Shown piece after piece: positions 49,801 through 62,831 of a DNA stretch of 64,000 bases. A model generated the notes under the pieces. That model was not told where the DNA came from, made no database searches, and saw nothing but the letters and a program-made list of their open reading frames with translations. Positions within the stretch are counted from its first letter, which is position 1. The number at the start of each line of letters is the position of its first letter. The stretch covers positions 26,564,343 through 26,628,342 of the forward strand of contig OZ037766.1 of the NCBI GenBank assembly GCA_964035545.1, in the 5' to 3' direction. Source of the stretch: Bugula neritina. Taxonomy: Eukaryota; Animalia; Bryozoa. The position numbers and the translations under genes were made by a program.

Positions 49801-50968
49801 ACTGTGCTTAATTTTAATAGATCAAAGCTTATGCACCAACATATTATTTTGATTTTATTTATTTATATTCCAAACTATGCTACATTTTGTGTGGTATTGT
49901 TACAAATTTAACTAGAATTATGTTGTAAACATTGTAATATTATATTCAATTTCTCTAGTTATATTGCGTGTGGTCATGCAACCACTAGAAATAATTCTAT
50001 ATAAGCTAATCGCACTTGCAACTTTTTTGTTAGTAGCCCATTGTATATGAACCATTTAGTAGCTGTAGTGGAGAAATTGAGATAGCCTAAGCTCTTTAAA
50101 TTTTTCTCATAGCTTTTGGTTTGGGCGCTGGTTGAAATTCTTGCGAGAACATAACTTCTTTTGGCACGCAGGCTTTTCTCAATTTCTCCATTACTGCACC
50201 TACCTCATAATATAAACTAGCTGCAACTTGTAGACTTTCAACCATAATTTCATCAATTATAATTCCAATAACTTTTGCAGATGGGCTTGGAATGCACCAT
50301 ATGATAAAATAAACTTTAAGATAACCTCCTTAGAATGTTCCAAAGAATTTCTAGATTACGAATATAGACTATTATTTGTGAGGTAAGTAGAATACAGTCA
50401 TTTTCAAACATCCGTCAATACTATAGCGAAACTCACGTCTCCTGACTATTAATCAATTCTGTTATGTTTTAGAAACCCTTATGAGCGGCTAGTATCTGGG
50501 TACAAGAACAAAGTATTAGAAAAGAATGGGTTGTACGTCAAAACATACAACAAACCATGTCCGTGGTTGACTTTAGACCCCAAATATAACCAAACGTCTC
50601 TTAATTTCTCGCAGTTTGTGTCTTGTATACTAGAAACTGCTAGAGGTCAGAGTTCAGATTTATCTTCTCGGAAAGCTGGAATACTTCTAGACCACCACTG
50701 GGCTCCACAGGTGCACCTCTCATTACCGTGTACAGCTATGTACACTCACATAGGCACATATGATCATTTTGCTGACGACGCAAACGAGATGATCCGAATT
50801 CACAAATTTAATGCCACTTTAAAGCGAATCAATCAGACTCCTAAAAGCTTAAGCCGTACTCTAGAATTTTGGTACAAGCAGTTGAGTGTTGAGCAGCTAG
50901 TAGGACTTCAGCAGTTATATAAATACGACTTTGAATTATTTGGGTATGATCCTTCTCCCCCATTATAG
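46862..50968 (+). CDS. Golgi carbohydrate sulfotransferase, Sulfotransfer_2 (CHST8-14/HNK-1ST) family, 342 aa
   Basis: Exons 46862-46963, 48450-48580, 49368-49565, 50281-50382 and 50473-50968, all in phase. N-terminal type II anchor; 5'-PSB YTPIPKCGWTTW; 3'-PB LFVRNPYERLVSGYKNK; DHHWAPQ..C; terminal LYKYDFELFGY. Confidence 0.9.
47239..47676. mobile_element. Harbinger-type MITE, 438 bp, TTA TSD (sulfotransferase intron 1)
   Basis: TTA-GTGTAGGGCCACA ... TGTGGCCCTACAC-TTA, with subterminal GAGAAATCCCATT / AATGGGATTTCTC. Termini related to 36762-37104. Confidence 0.85.
48626..48769. mobile_element. Short Tourist/Harbinger-like MITE, 144 bp, TAA TSD
   Basis: TAA-GGGCGCTT ... AAGCGCCC-TAA, with an internal inverted pair GCTCATTGA / TCAATGAGC. 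GC-rich island in an AT-rich intron. Confidence 0.65.
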
Positions 50969-51851
50969 CAATCTCACCAGAGCATGCAGAAAGACAATTG
51001 TGGTGTGATGGTCGTTTGTATGGTGAAAAGTATGCAACTATTATAGACTCGGTTCTCCAAATCCCAGACTTTTACATGTCCAGTGAAAGTCAATAAGCTA
51101 ATTGCTACATGATTGGATATTATATTCTATGGTGCCAATAAACTTATCAGAATTACTATTTATTGCTATAAATAACAGTAGCATACTGCTAATCAGAGAC
51201 TACAAAGTGAAGTTAGTGAGAATACATGTTGCTAGTGTTCGGACTAGACCAATCATACAAAGATTTGCTACTGCATGTTCAGACTAAGTAAAATTGCCAA
51301 AATACCAATTTACTTAGAATCAATGTCATCAAAGTTTTATTTTTACTGTGCAAGTTCAACTTTAAGAAAGGATTTTATATATCCTGTCTGTAGGCTGTAC
51401 ACACCCTGGTAATTTTTGAATCACCTTGAATTTGCATAGTAATTAATGATGGTAAGAATAAAAATATCTATATGAGTGAAATCTTGATTGGACCACAAGT
51501 AGTTTCCAAGACAGCTACTAAAGATGGAGGTTACAGGAACGCTGAACCTAGTTTGTGTTTTACCTAACATCAAGATTTTTCTATTTTGTACGTTATCTCA
51601 ATGCAAACAAAAAATCTTTATGGTGTAACTAATTTACCCTTTATTTTTCAACATCTAATTCATCAATTGGCCTTACTGTAACTGATATTGATAGCAATTC
51701 TTTCATGTACAAAGGGAGGCAACCCTTGAAACAGACTATGAAGAGAGAAATTACTGTATCAATATAACATATAGTGACATGTATTACACACAGGAAGCAA
51801 AAACTCAGGAAAAACTAACAAAATTCTATAAGAATCCTTTTTAAAAAGCAA

Positions 51852-54800
51852 TCAAGGCCTGTGGCTGGTGGAGGGTATGAAGTGTTCCGTATCTTGTATA
51901 CGCCATTTGCTCATAATCTCTGTCTGTGTTTTTTGACTTCCAGACCTCATTGGTGTCCAGTCGGAGAAGGTCTCTATCATCTTTCTGGGTACTAAAATTA
52001 ATAAAGATTGTTATCACCGATGCGACTAGTAAACCTAGTAACTCTGTTAGGTAGCAAAGAATATAGCAAGAATAATATATTATTAGGTAAGGGAGCAGCC
52101 GTGGTCTAGAGGTTAGAGCATTTGGCTAGTAAGCACGGAGGTCATGGGTTCGAGCCCTGACAAAGGCCAGTGGTGATGTTAGGAAAAGCATCCAGTCATA
52201 ATTGCCCCATCTGAATAAGCCCTTAGCCGGAGTTAACAAAAAATCCTTCTATCAGGGGTTTTCTCATATGGATGGTGACTATAAACTTCCGTGAGAGAGA
52301 ATATATTATTAGGTAATATAAACTTCAGAGTATGGAAATCAATAAAAACATTAAAAATCAAAAAGTAATAAACGGAATAAAGACACAGGCAGTGCGAGGT
52401 TTAAAACATTGAACACTATACAATTATTAGAGTTTCTGCAAGTTTGGTCAAAAACGAATTTAAGAGTTGCATTCTACAGTCCAAGAGAGCATAACTCACA
52501 AGTAATTGCATTTAATGATCTGAGGAGTATAATAATTATGATAGTAAAATAGTGTGCTCACTTTTTGAGATGTCAAATGCCACAGCAAAACCATGATTCA
52601 TTTGCATATAACTATTGTAGTTATAAATCATATGCGAATGGCTTATTTCAAGTAACTCGAATCTCATCACCATTTTCAAGATCTACTTAACTTGCCTAAA
52701 ACTAGTGACATTGTTAAAACACAGCTAGTCACCTTTTTTACATTTATATTCAGATACAAAATGACAAATACTACATTTCTGGTTGAAGTACTTGTACTTG
52801 TGCATCAGTTCCATCAAACTATCCATCTAGTCGCTATCGGTGCGAGAAACCTCTGACGGAAAGGGTTTTTGTTAAAGCGGGCTAAGGACTTATTTAAATG
52901 AGGCACAGGAGCAATTATGACTGGATGCTCTTCCTAACATCACCAATGGCCTTTGTTCGAGCTCAAGCCCATGACTTCATGTTTACTAGGCAAACACTGT
53001 AACCCCTAGACCACAGCTGCTCCCTAGCACACTTCCTTACAATAATGGAGCACTGTGACTTTCCATCCTACACCAACTTACCATATTCCGGAAACTTCTC
53101 TGGATATAAACGCATGTAGTCATCCACAACTCTGTCTTCATATTTGTAACTTCTAACATTAACTCTATCCGACCATCTAGCAAACCAAAGAGAGGCTGCG
53201 TATGCAGGTAACAACTTCCATGAACCTAAAATATATGCCAGTAGTTGTTGCAATACAAAAACGAGAGGACGCACACACAAGACACCGATATTTTGAAACA
53301 TTGCAATAATATATTGAACTTTTCTTTGATTAAAATTCGAGCTTACCAAAAGCTCGAATTTCAACCAAAAAAAAGTTTAGACTATCAAGACTCAAACGAT
53401 GTTTTACTACAACTTATAGGCTGAAGATATAAAGTAGTAAGAATGAAGAAACTGAAGTAGCTCAATATAAATACCACTGCATTGTTAATATTGTGTATGA
53501 TTACTTTGAATCAAATGGCAACTCAAAAATAAATCTTCTAAAAAATCTAGGGAATTAAAATTAATATCATCATTGCAGCTACTTCTATAGTACTGTTACT
53601 AAATTAAATTGAAAAACCAGCATAATAGCCATAATGATAATGAACATTTCTCAAGTATTATAATTAATTTATATATTATTATTACATATTGATATATTTT
53701 ATACTATTCATACTCATAGTTATTATGATAACTATCTATATGATATGACCACCATAATAATTATAATAGGGTTTGCAACAAATCATTGATAACATCAATA
53801 TTAAAAAGTATATCATAATGATAACGATTCATCATGATTTACACTATCATTAGAAATATTGTTATAACCTAAGACTTATACTCATACTCATAGTTATGGG
53901 AACATACAGTCACAGCAATACTTAATGTAACTAAGTTTTTGTTATTTCAATCCGTAAAACTGAACTAAATTTTATTTCACCACTAGTATTTTAATTGATA
54001 ATAACAATTAATACTAGTACAAGTATTACTACTAATAATAAGACTAATAGTACGTAATTAGTTTTAGTACATTATTATTTATAGTTATGAATATTACTAA
54101 ATGCTATAACTATTTATAATACTAATTGTAACACTGATAGCTATAGTCTATAAGTGTAAATAATACTTTACTAAATCAGTTATAGTAATAGTTACAGTAA
54201 CACTAATTACTAGTATTAGTATTACCTTGCTATTACTGAGTATTAGTAATAGTAGAGTAATAGTAATACTAGTAAACCTAATACTATAGACTAATTGAGT
54301 AATAGTAATACTAATAGTAATAGTACAAGTATTACTATTAGGTTTAGTATTAAAGTTTAACTAATATTGTAATAGTAATACTAATAGTAATACTAATAGT
54401 AATTAGTAAAACTAAAAGTACAAGTAATTATCAAATATTAGATTTATACCAATGGCAATACTCATACTATAACTATAATTACAAGTATAACTATTAGTAT
54501 TGCTCTAAAGTCTAAGCATAACTTAAATATAAAAAATTATTACTGTTGGTTATTTCAACAAGCAATCATGAATTGATAATCACAATGATAATAATTTAAA
54601 TTAAATAATTAATACTAATATCATATTTATAACAAATTAAAATTGAACCATTTCAATTTGTACTATTAGTATTAGCATTAGTATTTAAATTTTAATGCTA
54701 AATTTTAAGTATAATAAATATAATTATTAATCATACTCGAAATAAGACTCACTTTTGTATAAGGGTTTGGGTAAACCATATTTCGGAAATGAACTGGCAG

Positions 54801-54948
54801 CAGCCATACATCCCGTGCCAACACACACCCATTCATACAATGTAGCTGGAACAAAAGACCAGCTGCCGGCTGCTTTACGAGCTTCAGTATCAGTCACAGT
54901 TATGTAATCCGTTCTTGGTTTAGCATAGTAGTATGCAGGCAATGACAT
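51852..54948 (-). CDS. NDUFC2: NADH:ubiquinone oxidoreductase subunit C2 (B14.5b)-like, 159 aa
   Basis: Exons 54753-54948, 53082-53225 and 51852-51991, in phase (480 nt). Two hydrophobic segments around KPLYKS, then EDRVVDDYMRLYPEKFPEYVPRKMIETFSDWTPMR, matching the family C-terminal D...Y..LHPEDF...K....F..W.P.R pattern. Confidence 0.8.
52091..52299 (+). mobile_element. tRNA-derived SINE, copy 2, with a 17-bp TSD
   Basis: A box TGGTCTAGAGG, B box GGTTCGAGCCC, short (GA)n tail. Perfect direct repeat AATATATTATTAGGTAA at 52074-52090 and 52300-52316. Confidence 0.9.
52825..53025 (-). mobile_element. tRNA-derived SINE, copy 3
   Basis: Reverse complement begins AGGGAGCAGCTGTGGTCTAGGGGTTACAG and is homologous to copies 1 and 2. 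Confidence 0.85.
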
Positions 54949-56688
54949 TGCGGCGAGTGAATCTTTACCACAATTAGATTAATTTATTTAAGAAAAAATA
55001 GAGAGGCCACGAGAGAAATACTTATAAAAGTGTGGCCATTGTTGAACATAAGTATGAGTTAATTATATCAATATGAATATGAATATGTGCAACAAATTGA
55101 TAGAGCTGGCAAATCTAGTAAATGTCTCACCCGGCTTTACCAAAGCAGTTGTTTCTAACCTTAGCTAGGCTTGTTGGTTTTGTAAATAAGTGTTGTTTAT
55201 GATAGAAACTATTTGTGCTATTATGTCTAAATTCTCTTATTCGGATCACAGGCTTTACGCAAATGCATGACATGAGTTTACGACTAAAAATATTCCGTAC
55301 CAGTTAAAACCTTGGCCCGATAGGCAATTAGTCCTGTTCGAGACAATTCCATTACGGCGGTTTTATTGCAGCGCGAAATGGTAAAAATAAAAGGTACACG
55401 TTACCATCATTAATAACTATTGGTATTTCTATACGAAATCTTTGCCCTAAGGTGTAACCATTAAAATTACTCTAAATATAATTATAGCAATTCAATATTA
55501 GTTAAATAATACATGGCTCAGCAACTAATAATAATACCTCAACGGTAGCACTCTTTATTTTCTTGAGTTGAATCTTCGTTTAAGAATTTGAACTTCAATG
55601 TGAAACTGAATATGATTATCATTATGATTATAAATATCAATATGAATATGAATCATTGAATGTCTTAGTCTAACTCTATCACTATGAGTATGATAATCAT
55701 AATGAAGTGCTATTATTATTAATGTTATGAATATCAAAATCAACTTCAAGTGATCTATGATCAACATAAACATGTCCATGTATTTCAATTTGTAAATGCT
55801 AAACTTGAAGTTAAAGTTAATCTTCATGTTGATGTTGATTTTCATTTTGATTTTTTGTTCTCATAACTTTATTCTAATACTGATAGTGATTAGTATAAGT
55901 AAAAGTTAGTCATAGTATTAGACTTGGATTACATTTAAAATCACTATTAGTATTACTATTAGATTTAGTATGAATCAAATCAGCAAATCAAAATGTAATA
56001 CTAATAGTAATAGTAATACTATTGTGAGTATTACTATTAGTATTAGTATTAGTTATGCAATACTATAACTATAAGTATTACTAACTCTAAGCAATAGTTA
56101 TACTAATAGTATTAGCATTATATTTATTAGAATATTACTAATACTATTACTATTAGCATTACTATTACTGTTAGTGTTAGACTTAGTGTTACTCAATGTT
56201 GCTATTTGTGGATTTCATTTTGATTTTAAGTTTAAGATTACCTTTAATTTTGGCTTGCTTTTAATTTTTTTATTTTAGGGTTTAGCTCTTGAGGCTTGGA
56301 GTTGGTCATTTATTTTTAGCTCTAATTTTCAATATGAGTAAAACTAAATAATTATAATGAGTAGTGAATTACTAAGAGTTGTGCAAAAGGAAATTTCTAA
56401 ATTCAGTTTTGATAAAAATCATAAGACCAGAAAACTTTTATTTTTTAGTGTTCAGAACTTTTTGGGAACAGTTTTGAAATGTGATATCTTGTTTAAAGCA
56501 ACTCGTACAATATAAAAAGACATATTGATAACACTTATTGGTCTAAAAAAGCTATTGCTTCATGTGGGCTATATATTGTTTTCTCATATTGTTAACTTAT
56601 TGTTTAATTTATGCTGGTATCTTTTGTTTAGGATTCAACGCAGTTATCCTAACCGTTGCTTGCTTATCATCTCTGTAATTGAACAGTC

Positions 56689-59600
56689 ATGGACCCAGTA
56701 ATATCATATATTCTTGCTGGAGTCATTGTAGTTGTTTTGGCTGCCCTCGTCTATCAGGCATTTACCTCTAAGAAAAGTAAGCAATAAATATGTCTAAAAT
56801 ATATTCATCATCAATTTAAGCAATGGTGTTCATATAATTCTGAATTGACATGTATTGCAATAGTTCTAAGTCTGCAATTTTATGCGCATTTGTGTGATAC
56901 TGATTTCAATTTTTTTAACAAGCACTTATTGATCTCTTATGACAAAGCTAGTGATTTAAACATCATCAGTCACTGCGGGTTTCATGTTTTAGGCAATGAA
57001 AGTGAACCTGCCGCTGTTAGACCTCGTGTACTTCCTGGGGCGGAGCTGAGAGAGGATCTCCCAGCGGGTGCTCGACGTAGACGCGCTGGTGCAGGTCGGT
57101 TAAAGTATACGTCTGATTGTAGTGTACACACAGCTCAGCAGTACTGTTATGCAAATCCATTGTTCTCTATCCACATACTTTTTAATGAAATATATTTTTC
57201 TTTAATTTTTTCATGCAATCATACTTGTTAAATAATAATTTGTTTACTCAACTATTTAAAGTGTAAATTTTAAATAGAGCAATTGTGATATGGCAACTTG
57301 GTAAATGTCTAATAACTTTTATAATACATTAAATGTTTACAAGATTAAATAATTTTCAACACATGATTTCTAGTTAAAGGCCGGTTCTTGCTACTGTATG
57401 GTGTAAAAGTATCTACAGTACAATATGTCCAGTATTTGAAGACTAGTCTTTGCTATACTATATCTACAGTACAATATGTCCAGTATTTCTATCATGTTTT
57501 AGTTGATAGACTACGGAGAGCTCGAGAGGCTGAGGCTGCTCGCCGGCAGGAAGAAGATTCCGGTAAGCTTAGTCTGCTGTTGTGATCATTACAGGGAAGA
57601 TGTTTGCTGTCAGACTGATTATTTTTCACAAAACACTGAATATTACATGTTATTTTACATAGATGAATAGTTTGATATCGTGCGACAGTGGGATGAGCCT
57701 GTTATAGTTATGGTGTAGTTTTTAAATTCTCTTAGTGTTCTACAGTGCAGACTTTTTTAGATGCCTCTGCTAATGAGGAAGGAGACTTGTTTGATTATAT
57801 TGCTCAGCCAGAAGGTAAAATTGGAGCTAAGAAAATGGCAAAACTGGAAGAAAAAGCGAGAAAAAGAGCCGACAGAGAGGTGAGTGCTATTAGAGCAACT
57901 TGTCCTAAATCACCTGGTGTCACACCACCTGTTGTCACACCACTTCCTGTCACACCACCTACCATCACACCGCCTGCTGTCACACCATCTTCAGTGACAC
58001 CACCTGCCATCATATCTTCATAATATGTATCTGCATATTCATATATCATACTCATATATTTCCAATGACTTTCATGTCTGGTGCAAACAGTTTTCTTTTT
58101 GCCTCAGACTCATAACACTTGCTCTGTGTAACGTGTTGGGGCTCTATTGCAGGCCATGGAGAGGGAGCGAGCTGAACAGAAAGAAAGAGACGCCCTTCTT
58201 GAAGAAGAGAGGAAGAAGGAAGAAGCTCGTCTTCTACGACTCGAGGCTAAGAAGGTATGTTGTTCTGTTCTTAAATAGAGAAATTAGTCCGCTAAAGGTC
58301 TGAGTAAATACTGTCGGGCAATTTGGTTAAATTGGTAACGATACTTGGGAATTCTCAAAGTTAGCGTAGGGCCACACGGTGTGTATTTTTGCAGACGAAA
58401 ATTTGCACCACAAGTAGAAAAAAGTGTCCGCTGTACAAAATATTGAGTCAGTGATATCGGAAAACTACTAGCTAATTATATTTGCGTTTAAACTTTACTG
58501 CTCGCCTTGTTTCTATGTCTACATGTGCGGGATAACTTAAAATTTTCATTTTTAAATCTCACTCGCTTTCAATATAATGTATTGTATATATATATATATA
58601 TATACACATATATATACACATATACATACACATATACATACACATATACATATACATATGTATGTATATTACCTTATATCCAAAATAGAAATAGTTGCAA
58701 GTGATTTTATGGTGAATGTGTGGAGATTTATGAAATTTTGTCTACTAGTGATGTTGGTTGTGTTAGCAGTTGCAGTTGTCTTCCCTATCTAGTCTGTTGT
58801 GGCCACAGATAACAGTGTTATAGCATGTTTTCTGATTGAAGGAAGAAGAAGCAAGAATAGCAAAGGAGGAGAAAGAGAAGAGAGAATATGAAGAGTATTT
58901 GGCAATGAAGAGTCAGTTTGCTATTGAAGAGGAAGGAGAAGATGCTGTCATGCAAACAGATGTAAGTATTATGTATATAGTGTAGTAGTTGTGTGTATAT
59001 AGTGTAGTAGTTGTGTGTATACAGTGTAGTAGTTGTGTGTATACAATGTAGCAGTTGTGTGTATGCAGTGTAGTAGTTGTGTGTATATAGTGTAGTAGTT
59101 GTGTGTATATAGTGTAGTAGTTGTGTGTATATAGTGTAGTAGTTGTGTGCATGTAGTGTAGTAGTTGTGTGTATATAGTGTAGTAGTTGTGTGCATACAG
59201 TGTAGTAGTTGTGTGTATACAGTGTAGTAGCTGTGTGTATACAGTGTAGTAGTTGTGTGTATACAGTGTAGTAGCTGTGTGCATATAGTGTAGTAGCTGT
59301 GTGCATATATAGTGTAGTAGTCGTGTGTATACAGTGTAGTAGTTGTGTGTATATAGTGTAGTAGTCGTGTGTATACAGTGTAGTAGTTGTGTGTATGCAG
59401 TGTAGTAGTTGTGTGTATGCAGTGTAGTAGCTGTGTGCATATAGTGTAGTAGTTGTGTGTATATAGTGTAGTAGTCGTGTGTATACAGTGTAGTAGTTGT
59501 GTGTATATAGTGTAGTAGTTGTGTGTATATAGTGTAGTAGTCGTGTGTATACAGTGTAGTAGTTGTGTGTATATAGTGTAGTAGCTGTGTGTATATAGTG

Positions 59601-61622
59601 TAGTAGTTGTGTGCATATAGTGTAGTAGTTGTGTGCATACAGTGTAGTAGTTGTGTGTATGCAGTGTAGTAGTTGTGTGTATGCAGTGTAGTAGCTGTGT
59701 GCATATAGTGTAGTAGTTGTGTGTATATAGTGTAGTAGTCGTGTGTATACAGTGTAGTAGTTGTGTGTATATAGTGTAGTAGTTGTGTGTATATAGTGTA
59801 GTAGTCGTGTGTATACAGTGTAGTAGTTGTGTGTATATAGTGTAGTAGCTGTGTGTATATAGTGTAGTAGTTGTGTGCATATAGTGTAGTAGTTGTGTGT
59901 ATATAGTGTAGTTGTTGTGTGTATACAGTGTAGTAGTTGTGTGCATATAGTGTAGTAGCTGTGTGCATATAGTGTAGTAGTTGTGTGCATATAGTGTAGT
60001 AGTTGTGTGTATATAGTGTAGTAGTTGTGTGTATACAGTGTAGTAGTTGTGTGTATATAGTGTAGTAGCTGTGTGCATATAGTGTAGTAGCTGTGTGCAT
60101 ATAGTGTAGTAGTTGTGTGCATATAGTGTAGTAGTTGTGTGCATATAGTGTAGTAGTTGTGTGTATACAGTGTAGTAGTCGTGTGCATATAGTGTAGTAG
60201 TCGTGTGTATATAGTGTAGTAGCTGTGTGTATATAGTGTAGTAGCTGTGTGTATATAGTGTAGTAGTTGTGCGTATATAGTGTAGTAGTTGTGTGCATAC
60301 AGTGTAGTAGTTGTGTGCATACAGTGTAGTAGTTGTGTGCATATAGTGTAGTAGTTGTGTATATAGTATAGTAGTTGTGTGTATATAGTGTAGTAGTTGT
60401 GTGCATACAGTGTAGTAGTTGTGTGCATACAGTGTAGTAGTTGTGTGCATATAGTGTAGTAGTTGTGTATATAGTATAGTAGTTGTGTGTATACAATGTA
60501 GTAACTGTGTGTATACAATGTATTTGTTGTTTGCATACAGTATCCTTGTAATGTAAAATATGTGTTTTGTAGGAGGCAGAGCTACTTCAACAGTTTATTG
60601 ACTACATCAAGGTATGTATGGTGTTGTTTTACACTTACGTTGTGTTTATTTCTTGTTGAATCATTTCTTCTCTAATGTGAAGGTCAACGCCCTTTATATC
60701 CTGTTCTGTTTGCGAGTACTATTTAGCTTGACTATATTTATTGAACTATTGAACTATTTATTGATTATATTCACTAAACAATTATATAATATTGTTTGTA
60801 GAAAAACAAGGTCATGGTAATAGAGGATTTAGCTGCTCAGTTTAATATAAAAACCCAGGTAATGTGTATAGTTTTATAAAACGTGTGCTCTCTCTAGTTT
60901 GTTGCTTTCATTGTGATAATTTATTAGACTCTAGCAATTCTAATTCTCTTGTCGAATAACCAGAACTAACACCTTCTGTAATAGTAGATGTGAACTTACA
61001 ATCCTATCATTCTGTTAATAGTTATAGATATGACCTTTGGTCATAAATCCATTAATTGTTGGTCAAATTCTATATTGGCTTGAAATTTTATGAAATACAG
61101 TCAAATCAATACCACACATTCTTCCAGTTACATTGCTTGTAGAGTGAAAGTAAAGTCAACTTTTAGTCCACTTTATTACTTACTATTTTGGCGGTTAGCT
61201 CAACGTTGCAGAAATTGCAATATCCAAATTAACTTTAAAATTGAAAAAACTAGTTTTTATATAATTTCATACATAGTGTTTCACCTGCGTGAAGCTATGA
61301 TATAACTTAATAGACATCAGTGAATCATTGTTCCAACTCTGTTTAGCTTATTTTCTGTGCTACTGACTGTATTGTTTGAAGAGTGATCATTTATATGTCT
61401 ATGCAGGCAGCCATAGAGAGAATTGAGGCACTCATGTTAGATGGAACTCTCACTGGAGTACTAGACGATCGCGGAAAGTTTATCTACATCACCATGGAAG
61501 AGTTGCAATCTGTAGCCAAGTTTATCAAACAGAGAGGTCGTGTTTCAATACAAGAACTAGCGGAATCCAGTAATAAGTTAATTAGATTGACTCCTGAGTC
61601 TGGTCCAGTAGAAGTGCAATAG
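56689..61622 (+). CDS. DDRGK1: DDRGK domain-containing protein 1 (UFBP1, UFMylation adaptor)
   Basis: N-terminal TM segment [25 protein letters not shown]; [14 protein letters not shown]; [18 protein letters not shown]; [10 protein letters not shown]; [13 protein letters not shown]; last exon [17 protein letters not shown]...[18 protein letters not shown]. About 9 coding exons. Confidence 0.96.
57915..58012. repeat. 15-bp intronic tandem repeat (TGTCACACCACCTNN), DDRGK1
   Basis: Direct periodicity just after the donor at 57880. Confidence 0.85.
58364..58580. mobile_element. Truncated Harbinger-type MITE, related to 36762-37104 and 47239-47676
   Basis: Left end TTA-GCGTAGGGCCACACGGTGTGTATTTT. 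Shares CACTCGCTTTCAATA with the 36.8-kb copy and TTAAACTTTACTGCT with the 47.3-kb copy. Runs into a (TA)n/(CATATA)n tract. Confidence 0.75.
58972..60540. repeat. 22-bp minisatellite (TAGTGTAGTAGTTGTGTGTATA), roughly 70 copies, filling a DDRGK1 intron
   Basis: Direct periodicity; explains the three 493-572 aa minus-strand ORFs. Confidence 0.97.
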
Positions 61623-62831
61623 ATTTTGGTGAAAAGGTAACTGCAACAGTGTTCTAGACCCATTCCTGCAAAATTTAAGCGTTTTATAAGCTATAAACTA
61701 GAAATGTTGTTAACTAACCAAGTACAATAGATCTGATGTTAGTTTTCTTTATTATAGCTTCAAAAATATGTTTTTATCTGACCACTTTTTTTTACTCTGG
61801 CTAAACAAATTTGATGAAGATTTTTGTAATTTTAAACTTCTCAACATGTTAGAAGCTCTGTTATATTTTGTATATTAAAGGAAACTTTGTTTTTAAAAAA
61901 AATGAGTTTTAATGATTTAATTTTGATGAGCTAGAAAATTTAACACTTCATTGCAAAGTCATTTTAGCCTACTGTTGTCGCGGAAAGACTTCATTAAGGC
62001 TGTTATTTTCATATACTAAAGTTATAATAGTATATAGACTAATAGATAGATACCAACTATTTTGAAAATAATTATATACCAGAAAAACATGTATTTATAT
62101 TTCCAAAACTGAGCATATATTATATATTTTATTTGTTGTTGATTCTTATTGTTGAATTTGTTTTTATACCTTTGCACATGTCTTGACTTTATGTTTATAA
62201 GTGATAAATTGGAGTTACTAAAATACTAGATGTTCATTTATGAGCTACGCTTTTCATCCAAATTGGTAATGCTTCTCCCTCGAACAGGAAACTTAATAAA
62301 CAAATAGTAAATAAAGACTATACTATTGTTACCATGCCACATTTTGTGTTACGAGAGTGTGTCCATAGCTGCTTTTTTATATTTCTGTCAGAATGATATT
62401 TAATATGACAATACATATAATATGATGAAAAATATGCCTCCTACATAATTAATTAAGGGTATAGGTACAAATTTATTCAGAAAAATAATGAGCATTTCAA
62501 TCTATGAAAACAGTAGGTCACAATTTCAACTCACGCTTATATATTAGATAGCTGAATAAGTCTTGGTGTAGTGATAAATCTGGGCAAATGCACGTGTATT
62601 GATAAAAAAAAACAACAAATAGTATAAAAAAAACATGCTGTTGAGTTGGAGGAGCAAGTGACCGTGTCAGAGCATTAAAAGTATTTAAAACTTTTTCCTT
62701 CAAGACTTTTCCCTTAACTGTCAATAAAACAATACCAACTAAACCTTTCTATAAGCTATTGCTGCTGAACAAGACACAAAATTCCTTGCTAACGATTAAC
62801 AGTGAGGCAACAATTGAAGTACATTGTAAAG

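Noticed and set aside
52091-52165. tRNA gene (also about 2215-2290 and 52950-53025)
   Set aside because: A and B boxes are present, but each is followed by a shared non-tRNA body and one copy has a 17-bp TSD. These are SINE heads.
58818-60536. Three long minus-strand ORFs (572, 527 and 493 aa, T/Y/H/L-rich)
   Set aside because: Read-through of a 22-bp minisatellite that lacks stops on that strand; it lies in a DDRGK1 intron.
58972-60540. CRISPR-like regular array
   Set aside because: Head-to-tail repeats with no unique spacers, no cas genes, and a eukaryotic intron context.
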